A program made the position numbers and the translations under genes. DNA of 64,000 nt from an uncultured virus (IMG/VR IMGVR_UViG_3300049255_000202) (lineage: Duplodnaviria; Heunggongvirae; Uroviricota; Caudoviricetes): the IMG/VR virus record IMGVR_UViG_3300049255_000202; one strand, given 5' to 3'. Position 1 is the stretch's first letter, and every line of letters begins with the position of its first letter. The notes under the pieces were generated by a model. The model saw only the letters and a program-made list of their open reading frames with translations. It was not told the DNA's origin and did not search any database. Shown in pieces: positions 20,561 through 31,106 of this stretch.

Positions 20561-21280
20561 GACGACGTCCCCCGAGTCGAGGATGATCTTGGGGTTCGTG
20601 GGGACCGGGAGGATGAGGTCAAGGCCGAGCGCGCGAGGCTCAAGGAGGTCGTGGACATCACCATGGCCGACGCCCGAGCCGGCAAGATCCCAGCCGGGTT
20701 CGAGGGGCACGCTGGGGCCTACGACATGCGCGACGACAAGGAGCCCATGGGCGACTTCTTCGGCTCCGGCGGCGGTGGCGGGGGAAAGGACTTCTGGTCG
20801 TGACGCTGACGCCGGCCGAAACGGACCGGGAACTCGACGAATTCGAGCGTTTCGCGCGGGCGAATCCGAACGCCCAGATCTACGTCAAGCGATGGCAGAG
20901 GACGACGCGCGACTACGAATTCGGGCTTGTGCTCGTCACGAACGGCCGCATCGAACCACGAACGGCCGCATCGAACCCACGGTCTACGTGAAGCTCGAGA
21001 ACGGCCAGCATTCCAAGCTCAGCGAGATGGTGACCGCCGGTTGGATTGGGGACTAGGTATATCCGGCACGAGGGGCGGCGGCGGGATCTCGGTCGTCCTC
21101 TCCCTTTCGGGTGGAGGAGGGGGGTGACGTTCCACCCTTCGGGCACGCTGAAGTGCATCTCGGTCGAGGGCTTGAGTTTCGTGACCACCACTGTAGCGGC
21201 CGTACCGGCATCACCGCACTTGTCACACGTGATCCATGCCGAGAACTCGAGCCCCACGCTTCCCGTGGTCGAGAAGAAGA

Positions 21281-21952
21281 CTATTCGCGGCCGAACAAGT
21301 CCTCGGCGAACAAGTCCTCGGCCAGCACCCGGCGAATACCCGGTCGGCGCTCGCGGAGGGCTTGTGCGAGAAGCTCGATCCATTCGCGGTGTCGGGCTAG
21401 TTTGGCGTCCAGCTCTCGCTCCCTCTCGACCAGATCGGGGAAGCAGTAGGCCGCCCATTCGGAGCCCAGCTCTTTGCGGACGGCCATGAGAGCCTTCGCG
21501 TCGTCCCCGGCAAGGGCTTGCGCGGTGTCGTAGAGCCGCACGAGGAAGTCCTTGGGCAACACCTGGTTGAACGTCATCATCCTTCCGCAGCCCTTTTGCA
21601 CCCGATGCTTTTCTTCGATGCGAACCCAGATGTGCCCCCACGGCCATCCGTCCGGCAAGTTCGTCGTGAACCCGCACAGCGGCATGCCGTGATGGAGAAT
21701 GTGGATCTCCCTGATAGCTCCGACATTGCGGAGGAAGCATTCGAAGTGGACGGGTCGCTCCTCGACCCTTGGCGCCTCGGGTGTCCCATCCACGTGCGGC
21801 ATCACGAACCCTCGGCTGCCTTGTGTGATCGGCTCCTCGCAGAAACCGCAGTCGCCCTCGGGGGTAAGCACCTGCGGGGTCGTCCGGCACACGGGCGCAC
21901 CCCAGTCGGGTCCGAACCACTTCACGCGGAGCCCCCTTGGCTGACGAGCCAA
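21281..21952 (-). CDS. Hypothetical protein (possibly chimeric)
   Basis: Protein-like ORF with Cys/His motifs. Confidence 0.45.
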   Translation of the reverse strand: MARQPRGLRVKWFGPDWGAPVCRTTPQVLTPEGDCGFCEEPITQGSRGFVMPHVDGTPEAPRVEERPVHFECFLRNVGAIREIHILHHGMPLCGFTTNLPDGWPWGHIWVRIEEKHRVQKGCGRMMTFNQVLPKDFLVRLYDTAQALAGDDAKALMAVRKELGSEWAAYCFPDLVERERELDAKLARHREWIELLAQALRERRPGIRRVLAEDLFAEDLFGRE

Positions 21953-22290
21953 GGGGCCTCGCCCCCATTCACGAGCCGCATGATGGCTGATTCACCTTCG
22001 CCGTGGACAACCACCCAGATGGCGCTAGCCCTCGGCATCGTCTCGCCGCCCGCCGGCTTGAGCATCCTGTCCCAGGTGGAACCGCCCACCCACCGGCCTG
22101 AATCCCGCATGAACTCCACGAAGTCCCTTCGGGTAGCGATGCTCAGTGCTACGTGCTCGGTCCCGTCCCCGTGGGGTTCGATGATGGCCACGAGGTCGTC
22201 TTCTTCGGGGTGCTCCTCGCGCATCTTCTCCCAGTACTCGAAGATTTGGGAGCTGATCCGCTCGACGAGTTCGAGCCCAGGCGGCTTCAC
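21922..22290 (-). CDS. Hypothetical protein
   Basis: GTG 10 nt from CGGTGTA (22301-22307); contains STWDRML. Confidence 0.6.
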   Translation of the reverse strand: MKPPGLELVERISSQIFEYWEKMREEHPEEDDLVAIIEPHGDGTEHVALSIATRRDFVEFMRDSGRWVGGSTWDRMLKPAGGETMPRASAIWVVVHGEGESAIMRLVNGGEAPWLVSQGGSA

Positions 22291-22339
22291 ATGAGAACTA
22301 TACACCGATGGAAACCTTGTACCCCAACAGGAGAGGGAG

Positions 22340-22783
22340 ATGGGCGAACCCGAACGTGATCTGCGGGACCAACCACAACCAGCACCATTCTCACGCAACG
22401 ATTTCGAGGTGATGTACTGGGCTTTGCTCGACTTCTTGACGTTGCCCGACCAGCCGAATCCAAAGCGCCGCGCCGAGCTTCGGGAACTCGTGGTCCGTCT
22501 TTCGGAGCACATCCGCAACCTCCGCACAGCGGCAGGCCGAAGCGGCGTGCGCAAGCGCGTTGACGTCCGAGAGGTCGTGCGGGCGCGGCTGCTGGCTGCG
22601 CGGCCGGACCCGAAGCAGGAGTCCGTGTGGAGCATCTTCGGGGAAGAGCCCGACGAGCATGGCGATCTCATCCTGCTGACGGTTGTGGGTGGTCCCTACG
22701 AAGCCGTCGTCGAGCGGGCGCTCGACATGCCGGAGTTCATCACGAAGGGCATGGGTGGTCAGATCGACCGACTCGGGGAGTAG
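22340..22783 (+). CDS. Hypothetical protein
   Basis: GGAG SD upstream; protein-like composition. Confidence 0.6.
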   Translation: MGEPERDLRDQPQPAPFSRNDFEVMYWALLDFLTLPDQPNPKRRAELRELVVRLSEHIRNLRTAAGRSGVRKRVDVREVVRARLLAARPDPKQESVWSIFGEEPDEHGDLILLTVVGGPYEAVVERALDMPEFITKGMGGQIDRLGE

Positions 22784-23623
22784 TCATGTGGCAGTTCCGA
22801 CCGGCGCAGTTGGCCTTCATCCGTGCAATGGTGATCCCGGTCGGAATCGCTCTCGGCTTCGGTTGGGGGGCGTACCAGGACCACGAATGGTGGGGCCAGT
22901 ATGCCCTCGGGCTCGGAATCTTCGGCGCGATCCTGCTCCTGCCGTTCATCGCGCCGCGTGGTAAGGTTTAGCCATGTCTCGCTCGAGCAAGAGCTACCCC
23001 GAGGTCGAGCGCTCCTGGCTGGAGCCAGAGCCTTGCGACCAGCCGGGGACCGAGAAGGCGGGTGCTCGGCGACGGGCGGAGATTCGACCCCGAAGCCCGC
23101 GACAAGGATGGCTACTCGCCCAGCGCCGGCGGTACGGGTCGACGGAGAAGATCCTTCACCGCAAGACGTGGACGCGGCTCGTCGCGAAGGAAGGGCGCCG
23201 GCTCGACAAGGCAGCGGTGCAGGAGGGTATGGAGTCGTGAGCGAGCAGACGTGCCTCAACTGCGGCGAACGGCCCGCCGTCACGCCCAAAGACGGCAAGA
23301 CGGTCCCCCTTTGCTCCGAGTGCGCCGCGAAGGCCGGCAGCTCCAGGGGCGTGAAGATGACGCCCCCAGAGCGCGAGCCCAAGACCGCGAGCGCCTAGAC
23401 CTTCACGGGCTTCGGGGTTCTCGGCGTACCACCGCGCCGTCTTGTCGGCCGGGTCCCACTTGCCCGTGGCCGGATCGATGTTGATGGGATTCTTCGAGAG
23501 CTTCTCCATGAGCTGGAAGAACGCATCCGAAGGCATGCCCGTTTCACTCTCGATGACGACGGCGGTGAGCATGATGCCCGCCGCGGCGTAGGAATCGGTC
23601 GAGATCATCCCGAGAACCGTTCC

Positions 23624-24537
23624 TCAAAACCTACTAGAACTTCCAGCAAGCATCGAGTTCGAGGCTATGCCGGTGCCGAGCCCTGAGCCCGATCTCCCGG
23701 TAGTAAGCCTCCTGCCCAACGGTATGGGCGAGGATGACGGTTGGCTAATCCGCCCGAATCCAGAGGAACTGGTCTTCCGCTTTGCGGAGAATCGTTCTCT
23801 CAGCAATCGTTTCACAACCCGAGGATGATCTCCACGAGCGACATCTTTGTCCCCAGAACGTCTGAGGATGCCACTCGCTCCCACCCAATCGGCGTGAGCC
23901 ATTCGTCCGCAACAACGGCAGACGAATCTTGTTCCTGACCTGTTGCCCCGATGGATGTAGCCACAAGAAGGACATTCCTTCTCGGTCGGAGCTTTCCTTT
24001 CTTGTGAGGTGTACGCCGGATTCACCAAGTTGGTTTGCAAAGCCCGGTAAGCAAATCGCTTCTGCCCACGACAGCCACGGAGATCCAGATCCTCCACCAC
24101 GAACACCGTCTCAGGGCGCTTCTTAACCAGCGTCAGGGCTTGAAGGACAACAGCCCAAAACTAGACCGTCTGGAATCCCGCCTTAGCGGACTAGTCAAGA
24201 CCGAGACTGGCAAGATCGTCAACACGCCCGTGACCACGCCTTCACGTCGCAGGTTGGTAATGGTGGGCTTGATATTGCGGGCGTAGACGCCCTTTGCCCA
24301 GGCGGACACGATGTCAATGGCGTGATCTCGGGCGTTCTTCTCGATCTGCGATGTGAGGCTAGTTGCAGGTGGGAAGAACACCTGCTTGGCGGACTTCGGG
24401 AGGTTGTAAACCCGCTGGTCAAGCATCACTTGTACACAAGTGCGAACATACGCAACGTACTCAGCGTGCAGGGCTTCCAGCCGGGCAACTTTGGACGAGT
24501 TCGTGTCCTTGTGGAGCATGAGGATACGGCACTTCAT
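23624..24537 (-). mobile_element. tnpB: Degraded TnpB-family nuclease gene with internal deletion and inversion
   Basis: VVEDLDL (RuvC-II), VNPAYTSQ..CPSCG...NR....FVCRCCG...HADWVGA (ZnF/RuvC-III); N-terminal part 24230-24537; segment ~24120-24227 reads on the opposite strand; no RuvC-I seen. Confidence 0.8.
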
Positions 24538-24937
24538 GAGGCTCCGCGAGGCGTCGGAGCTGCGCGCGAAAAAACGAGCAGCTCGAGCAGCAGGTTTGCC
24601 TCCTGCTCCTTCTTCTTGCGGCGGTTTTCCGCACTCCTTTCAACCACCGCGTCGCGGAGGTCGTCCCGATCCGGCGGTTCATCGGACGCCGGGGCGGTTG
24701 GTTCATCGCGGACATCCGCGTGACCGATAACTGAGGGCCGCTGGCACTGGGCTCCCGGTGGAGGATGCGTGTGCAAGCCGTACAGCCGGGAGGACATCTT
24801 GGACGGCCCTCGGCATTTCGCTGCGAACGAGACGTTCGAGCCCGAGGACCGCGCCCACTGGCAAGCCATCCTCGACGCCGAAATGACGGAGGCCCCCAGG
24901 CTTTCGCCCGAGGGCCTCTACATTGGACCCCCGCGGG

Positions 24938-25495
24938 TCACTTCAGGTGGTACGCCTTCTTGATGCTCGCGAGACCCGACTGAGCGTCGGAGAACGCCGA
25001 GGAAGGCGGAGCGAGCTTCGCACCAGCGGCCGGAGCAGCACCGCCGTCCGTCGCCGGAGCCGGGGCCGGAGCACCACCGTCCGCGACCGGGGCCGGGGTC
25101 GGCTGCGTGTACTCATGCACGATGGCGAGGACCTGCGCGATGGCGTCCGTCACAGCCGACATGAGCGCCGAGAAGTTCGGGTTGGACTGCTGTGCCTCGA
25201 CAGCCGCTTGCACGCCGTCGTTGAGGGCCACGAGCGCGTGGTTGACCGCCGCGACGGCGTTCTGGAACTGCTGGTTGATCTGCGCGGCGTTCGCAGCCGG
25301 GAGGAACGGCTGGACGAGGGTCCACGCCACCTGAGCGTCGCTCAGGACGACCTGCGCGCTCTGCTCGAAGGTCTGAACCTGCTGCACCGGGTCGCTCTGG
25401 AAATTCTGCCACCACGTGCTGTTGCACGCGACGAGCGAACCCCCGGCGAGGGGCAGGGCGACTGCGATGGCGGCGGCGATGATAGTCTTTCGCAT
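24938..25495 (-). CDS. Putative lipoprotein
   Basis: Signal peptide MRKTIIAAAIAVALPLAGGSLVA-C (lipobox); AAGGAG SD; CGGTGTA at 25523-25529. Confidence 0.7.
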   Translation of the reverse strand: MRKTIIAAAIAVALPLAGGSLVACNSTWWQNFQSDPVQQVQTFEQSAQVVLSDAQVAWTLVQPFLPAANAAQINQQFQNAVAAVNHALVALNDGVQAAVEAQQSNPNFSALMSAVTDAIAQVLAIVHEYTQPTPAPVADGGAPAPAPATDGGAAPAAGAKLAPPSSAFSDAQSGLASIKKAYHLK

Positions 25496-25839
25496 GAGAG
25501 TCTCCTTCTAGAGCGGCGTTTCTACACCGCCGCCCTCCAGACTCTCACAAGAAGACTAGGCGTCCGACCGCAGGAACAGGACTTTGAACCAAGCCTCACG
25601 GCCGAGGGACACGAAAATTTCCCGGTCCCTTTCCTCGTGCGTGTAGAGCTTCGCGAGGGCATCCCATGCCCGAGCTGCCTCGGCCCACGCCCGGCGCGAG
25701 CCGTCCTCCTGGGCACGGAACTGGGACCCTACCGCATGGCCCCACGCCTCAAGGCGCAGGGGCTCGATGAACGTGTAGAAGGTCATGGCCGTACTAGGCC
25801 GGCGACCATAGCCGATCAATCACGGTGTAGGTGAGCCGT

Positions 25840-26121
25840 ATGCCCGACCTTGCCCGAGCCGCTCGTGTTGCCGAGGGCGCCCGCATGATGTTGACCGAAT
25901 GCGAGGGGGAGGACTTCGAGGTTCGCCGCCGTTTCGCCGTGATGATCCTCATCCTACGCGGGCACAAGATCACCCCCACGGACTTGAACGAGCAGCCCTA
26001 CGGGCTCGTCGGTCAGTGCCAGATCTGCGACCAAATCGTCCGCGTCGCTCGAGCGGGGACAGGCATCCAAGGGCGAGCCGTCGAGAACGACTGTCCGGCG
26101 GCCGAGTGGCGACAACCCTAG
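25840..26121 (+). CDS. Hypothetical protein
   Basis: ATG 10 nt after CGGTGTA (25823-25829). Confidence 0.6.
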   Translation: MPDLARAARVAEGARMMLTECEGEDFEVRRRFAVMILILRGHKITPTDLNEQPYGLVGQCQICDQIVRVARAGTGIQGRAVENDCPAAEWRQP

Positions 26122-26324
26122 AGACCGTTCACCTCGAGGACGCGCTTCCAAGATGTCCGGTTCTTCCGGCGTTTGGGACGGTGGGGTTTGCACCGCGTGT
26201 GACCACAAACGACGCACGCCGTCCGGACTTCGGAGTTATCCCGTTGCACTTGCAGCAGAACCAGAACGCCGCTGCCGGACTCCCCTTGCACCGCCTCCGC
26301 TTTTTCTTCGAGCGGGGCACAGGG

Positions 26325-26681
26325 CTACTCGTCGCTTTTGATGCGGTCCCAAGACGTCGGGCAAGTCGGACGATTCTCGGGTTCGAGCTGGTCCGTCTTT
26401 TCTCTCAAGTAGCCGACGACCTCTTGGGCTTCGTCGCGGTTGAAGGACATGCGGCGGACGCCGCCATCATCAGCCACGTCGAGCGCGCAGTTTGGCTTGC
26501 CCTGGGGCGACTCGTTGATGTTGTAGCGGCAGTCCAGCCATGGGCAAGGGCACGCTGCGTTAACCCCGCCTTCGAGGCAGTCTCCGCGCACGCGAGGCTT
26601 CTGCCGGGTCTCGGTGAGGACCGGCAAGTGAAGGACTCCGTTTGACCCGCTCCCGTTAGAGCCGTGCTCCCCATCACCCAT
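26325..26681 (-). CDS. Cys-rich hypothetical protein (possibly fused fragments) ending PTSWDRIKSDE*
   Basis: PRVRGDC...PCPWLDCRY...CALDVA pattern; C-terminal W-motif. Confidence 0.55.
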   Translation of the reverse strand: MGDGEHGSNGSGSNGVLHLPVLTETRQKPRVRGDCLEGGVNAACPCPWLDCRYNINESPQGKPNCALDVADDGGVRRMSFNRDEAQEVVGYLREKTDQLEPENRPTCPTSWDRIKSDE

Positions 26682-26755
26682 CGTTCGGGTTCGCTTCCGC
26701 CCGCCAAAATTGCCCGGTGTAGAACCGGAGTACAATCTCGCTCGAGGAGTTCCCC

Positions 26756-27007
26756 ATGAACTGGCAAACCGTAGGGCACATAATCGTCGGCATCGTCATC
26801 GGCGGCTCGCAGGCCGTCGCGCTGGCGTTCCCGGTGGACACCACGCTCGTCGCCGCGTGCCACATCATCGCCCTCATGGCTGCGCAAATCGGCGCGGGCC
26901 TGGCCGTCGCCCAGCGACGCCTCATCGCACTCACCCCGTGCGGCCACTGCGGCAAGGCCCCGGACTCTCCGGCTCCGGCGCCCGTCCCCAAGGCCGAAGC
27001 GGCTTGA
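26756..27007 (+). CDS. Small membrane protein
   Basis: Two hydrophobic stretches; GAGGAG SD. Confidence 0.6.
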   Translation: MNWQTVGHIIVGIVIGGSQAVALAFPVDTTLVAACHIIALMAAQIGAGLAVAQRRLIALTPCGHCGKAPDSPAPAPVPKAEAA

Positions 27008-27024
27008 CGGTGTACTCTCCCTGA

Positions 27025-27372
27025 ATGGGAGAGGAAGGCCGACCGATTTTTGAGGTCACGTTCGAGGGGGACTACGTCGCCCCGAGGGTGCGAACCTTCA
27101 GCGGGTACGAGCGTCCAGGCTTCTCGACCGCGCTCACCGACTGCTCGTGGGAACACCATGTATGCGGTGGGGCCATGGACTTGCAGCCCACGACCGCCAA
27201 GGTGCAGACGCTCCACTGTCGCAAGTGCGGCCTCAGGGTGTCGTTCCCGGTCAACATCGCGACCTACGGGGAGATGCGCCGTCACTTTCTCGAAAAACTC
27301 GGCGGCATTGTCGAGGACGAGAAGACCCAAGGGTCGTACCTCGACCGCGTGAACGACGCGATGGACGACTGA
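27025..27372 (+). CDS. Zinc-ribbon hypothetical protein
   Basis: ATG 10 nt after CGGTGTA; HVCGG...CRKCG. Confidence 0.6.
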   Translation: MGEEGRPIFEVTFEGDYVAPRVRTFSGYERPGFSTALTDCSWEHHVCGGAMDLQPTTAKVQTLHCRKCGLRVSFPVNIATYGEMRRHFLEKLGGIVEDEKTQGSYLDRVNDAMDD

Positions 27373-27829
27373 CGGTGTAGAACCTTGTCCGTGAACGACC
27401 TGACCGAGGCATGGTCGGACCTGAACGTCCCTCAGGTACATGATGCGAGGGGCCAACCTTGGCGTCAAGTGTCAACTTAGCCGTTCTCTGGTGAACAGCG
27501 TGGAACTCACTGAAATCATTGGTAAACAAAAAGTTCGCGGGAGCGCATAAATAGCATGGCAAGCGAACGCTCGACGCTTTCCGGACGTACAGGCCGCGGG
27601 TGGCGCCGTCACGGCCCTTCCGCTCAATCGTGCGCTGGAAACCAACTCCGATAGTGATTCCGAGCGTTTCTGACCCCCTTCCCGAGAAGCCTCGGAGACC
27701 CCAAAAACGCCTCGCCAGCACGAAATTCGTCGGTGCGGGGTCCATGAAACGTCGGTGGCGGTGAGAGCCACAACGGTGCGGTGTACTAACAGGGTAACGG
27801 AGAACGTACCCTCAAGAGGCAAGGCAAGC

Positions 27830-28786
27830 ATGGGTGGTGGAAGCTACAGCAGGGATTACTACGAGGAGCGCGAGCGGATTCGTGCCGAGACGAACGCGCC
27901 CGTCTTTACTCACGACGCGGACATTGCATCGGGCAAGGTGACGGCGGGCGTTCACGAGCTGCTCGACCCGAAGAACTTCCGCAACGGCGTCCGCGAGGCC
28001 CGCGACAGTGCGGAGCACCCGAACAGCGTACCGATCATCTTCGGACTCGACGTCACCGGCTCGATGCGTCGCGTGCCGGGCATCGTTCACGCGAACATGC
28101 CGAAGCTGATGACGACGATCCTCACCGGAGGGTTTCTCGCGGACCCGCAGGTGTGCTTCGCGGCGATCGGCGACTCGCACACGGACCAAGGCCCGCTCCA
28201 GGTCGGTCAGTTCGAGTCCGGCAACGTCATGGAGGACGACCTCGGGCGCTTCTGGCTCGAAGGCGGCGGAGGCGGCACCTACGAGGAGGGCTACGAGATG
28301 CTCCTCTACTACGCCGTGCGCCACACGGCGACCGACGCCTGGGAGAAGCGCAAGCGCAAGGGCTACATCTTCATGACGGGCGACGAGAAGGCGTACTCCA
28401 CGTGCTCGCCCGCGATCATCCACCGCATCTTCGGCGGCGAGCGCCCGAGTGAGGGCGTCTCGCTCCAGGCGATCGTGAAGGAAGCGCAGGAGCGCTACCA
28501 CGTCTTCTTCATCATCCCGAGCGGGACCAACCACGCGAGCGACCCCGAGCTGTTCGAGTACTGGGCGAACCTCCTCGGGCGAGACCACGTGCTCCGCCTG
28601 GAGGACGTGAATCAAATCTGCGACCTCGTGGCGATCACCATCGGCATCACCGAGGGCACCGCGAAAACGGCCGCCCTGGAGACCCTCAACCCGGCAGTCA
28701 AGGCCGCCATCGATCCCGTCCTCGCTTCGACCAAGGAAGCGGTGGCGAAGACGAAGAAGGCCGGCGGCAAGACCGCCCGACTCTAG
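27830..28786 (+). CDS. von Willebrand factor A (vWA) domain protein
   Basis: MGGGSYS N-terminus, MIDAS-type LDVTGSM, LQVGQFES, EGGGGG, FMTGDE. Confidence 0.9.
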   Translation: MGGGSYSRDYYEERERIRAETNAPVFTHDADIASGKVTAGVHELLDPKNFRNGVREARDSAEHPNSVPIIFGLDVTGSMRRVPGIVHANMPKLMTTILTGGFLADPQVCFAAIGDSHTDQGPLQVGQFESGNVMEDDLGRFWLEGGGGGTYEEGYEMLLYYAVRHTATDAWEKRKRKGYIFMTGDEKAYSTCSPAIIHRIFGGERPSEGVSLQAIVKEAQERYHVFFIIPSGTNHASDPELFEYWANLLGRDHVLRLEDVNQICDLVAITIGITEGTAKTAALETLNPAVKAAIDPVLASTKEAVAKTKKAGGKTARL

Positions 28787-28829
28787 GCTCGACGTCCGAT
28801 AGGTAATCCTCTTGTCACAACCGCTAGGT

Positions 28830-29590
28830 ATGGCGGTTGTAGATCTGGTCGGACAGAAATCGGTCGATGGTCCGTTCTCGCTCGTGCGGGGACGGACCAT
28901 CACGGCAATGCCCTGTGGGCATGCGTCTGTGCGTGCGGAAACCACGCGACCGTCATCACGTCTCGGCTTGTGCGAGGCACGTCTGCGAGTTGCGGACGAT
29001 GCCGAGACCGTCGAGAGGCGGTCGTCGGGCGGACATTCGGCTTTCTCACGGTCGTAGAGGTTCTCGGAAAAGCGGAGGATTTCGGTTTCGCAGGACGGGG
29101 GCAGTGGGTTCGTGCGGTATGCACTTGCGGTGGTGAATGGCGTGGACGAGTAGATGCTCTCAAAAGGGGCAACACCAAAAGCTGTGGGTGCATGCCTCAC
29201 GGCCGAAAGCCCAGCCCTGACCGCGAGGCAGTCGCGCGTAACCGTCTGCTCAAGAACTACCGCCGTCACGCAACCCGTCGCTCGCTTGTGTGGGAACTCT
29301 CCGATGAAGCCTTCGTGGCGCTCCTTCGTGGGGAATGTTTCTACTGCGGGATGCCTCCACGTCAGGTGTGGCGCGTCACGCCAAACAAACATCGCAAAAC
29401 TGGGGCCTCCCTCACGTACAACGGCATCGACCGCAAAGACAACGCCGTCGGATACACCCCGGACAACGCCGTGACTTGTTGCTCGACCTGTAACTACGCG
29501 AAGCGTGACCTTACATCCGAAGCGTTCCTCAACCACGTGCGGACGATTTATGTTCGCCATTTTGGCGGTGTACTCTCCAATGGTGGCTAA
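28830..29590 (+). CDS. HNH-type homing endonuclease (5' part frameshifted)
   Basis: DLVGQK.GRW.V, CxCG repeats, KSCGC, YNGIDRKDNAVGYTPDNAVTCCSTCNYAK. Confidence 0.8.
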
Positions 29591-30857
29591 AGTTTTTGCG
29601 GTGGTAGGTCTGGGGTTCGGCGATGAAGGCAAGGGCGGGATTTGTGATTTCCTGACCCGTCAACACAAGTCGCCCCTGACCGTGAGATTTAACGGCGGTG
29701 GGCAGTGTGGACATAACGTCGTAACGGACGATGGCCGTCACCACACGTTCGCTCAGTTCGGCTCCGGCACGTTCGCCGGAGCCCGGACTTTCCTCTCTCG
29801 CTACATGCTCTTCAACCCCGTGGCCTTCGTGCCCGAGGCGCGGCACCTCATCGAGCTGGGCGTCCCCGACCCCTACAGCTTGGTCACGCTGGACCAGGCG
29901 GCGTACCTCACGACCCCTTTCCACATGGCGGCCAACCGCATCCGCGAGATTGCCCGTAACAACGGGGCGCATGGCTCGTGCGGCATGGGGATCGGCGAGA
30001 CGGTGGCCTACGCATGGGCGTGCGGCGACGGCAAGTGGGAGGACTCCGCCAAGACGTCCATTCCCAACTCCCAGACGTTTCCGCACCTCGAAACGCCGTT
30101 CGTCAACGACCTCAAGTACCCGAAGATCCTCCGCGAGAAGCTCGCGCTCCTCTGCAAGCGGCTTCGCAACGACGTGGCCCCCCTCTACGAGCCCGGTCGG
30201 CCAGCGATGTCCCCCGAGTGGGAGGTCCTCAACGACTTCGAGGGTTCCATGGCGGCCTTCGAGCCGTATGTGGAGCGCATCGTGAAGAACGTCGAGATTG
30301 TCCACTCCGACTGGCTCGACGGGCAGCTACGTCGAGACCAGACCATCGTGTTCGAGGGCGCGCAGGGCGTTCTCCTCGACGAGAACCACGGCTTCCACCC
30401 GCACACGACGTGGAGCACGACCACGTTCGAGAACGCACGCAGGCTCGCCCGCAGTGTGAAAGGCGTCAACGTGAAGCGGGTCGGCGTGCTCCGTGGGTAC
30501 ATGACCCGGCACGGGTACGGTCCTTTCGTGACCGAGGACAAGTCCGTCCCGGTCCCCGAGAGTGAGCACAACAAGCTCGGACGGTGGCAGGCGGACTTCC
30601 GCATGGGCCACTTCGATGCCGTCATGGCGCGCTACGCGCTCGAAGTCTGTGGGGGCGTCGACGAACTCGCCCTCACGTGCCTCGACCATCTCCGGGGGCC
30701 CGTGAAGGCCGCGTGGGAGTACCAGAACACGGCAATGGGCGAGGCTGGGCCGCGCTACACGCGGCTCCCGGTCTACCGGCCGGAGCAGGTCATGCCTGGC
30801 CCCCGATCGAAAACCCTCTCGTTCGGCCCCAAGGCGTCGGACAAGAAAGCTCGATAG
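29583..30857 (+). CDS. purA: Adenylosuccinate synthetase family protein (divergent PurA-like)
   Basis: GLGFGDEGKG, VRFNGGGQCGH, GSCGMGIGET, FEGAQGVLLD, TRHGYGPF, FRMGHFD, LTCLDHL, SFGP; C-terminus looks shortened. Confidence 0.9.
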   Translation: MAKVFAVVGLGFGDEGKGGICDFLTRQHKSPLTVRFNGGGQCGHNVVTDDGRHHTFAQFGSGTFAGARTFLSRYMLFNPVAFVPEARHLIELGVPDPYSLVTLDQAAYLTTPFHMAANRIREIARNNGAHGSCGMGIGETVAYAWACGDGKWEDSAKTSIPNSQTFPHLETPFVNDLKYPKILREKLALLCKRLRNDVAPLYEPGRPAMSPEWEVLNDFEGSMAAFEPYVERIVKNVEIVHSDWLDGQLRRDQTIVFEGAQGVLLDENHGFHPHTTWSTTTFENARRLARSVKGVNVKRVGVLRGYMTRHGYGPFVTEDKSVPVPESEHNKLGRWQADFRMGHFDAVMARYALEVCGGVDELALTCLDHLRGPVKAAWEYQNTAMGEAGPRYTRLPVYRPEQVMPGPRSKTLSFGPKASDKKAR

Positions 30858-31106
30858 GCATGCTACGCAGCGTGAAGATGCTCCGGCGTCGTCTTTGGGA
30901 GAGCATGGTGGGTGCGACTGCCCGCCGCTCGCCCCGAAAGAGGACCGATGCACAGCCTCCCCGATTCGGTGCCGAGGCCGCATGGACGCCGTGATAGCCA
31001 ACTTCAAGAAATACGGGCTCGCCTACGGTATTGGTTCGACCGAGGGGGACGGGCTCGACCCCAAAGCGTCGAAAGCCGCGGTCAAGAGGAGAGAGGCGGT
31101 CCTTCA

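Noticed and set aside
15211..28355. Further W-motif copies: TSWEKI in the HNH, KTWTRL at ~23165, DAWEKR in the vWA protein
   Set aside because: They lie within folded or family-conserved regions or fit poorly, so they were not counted.
29583..30857. PurZ (2-aminoadenine / Z-genome pathway)
   Set aside because: The P-loop is GDEGKG with the PurA-type Asp rather than the Ser of PurZ, and no dATPase or MazZ-like partners are visible.
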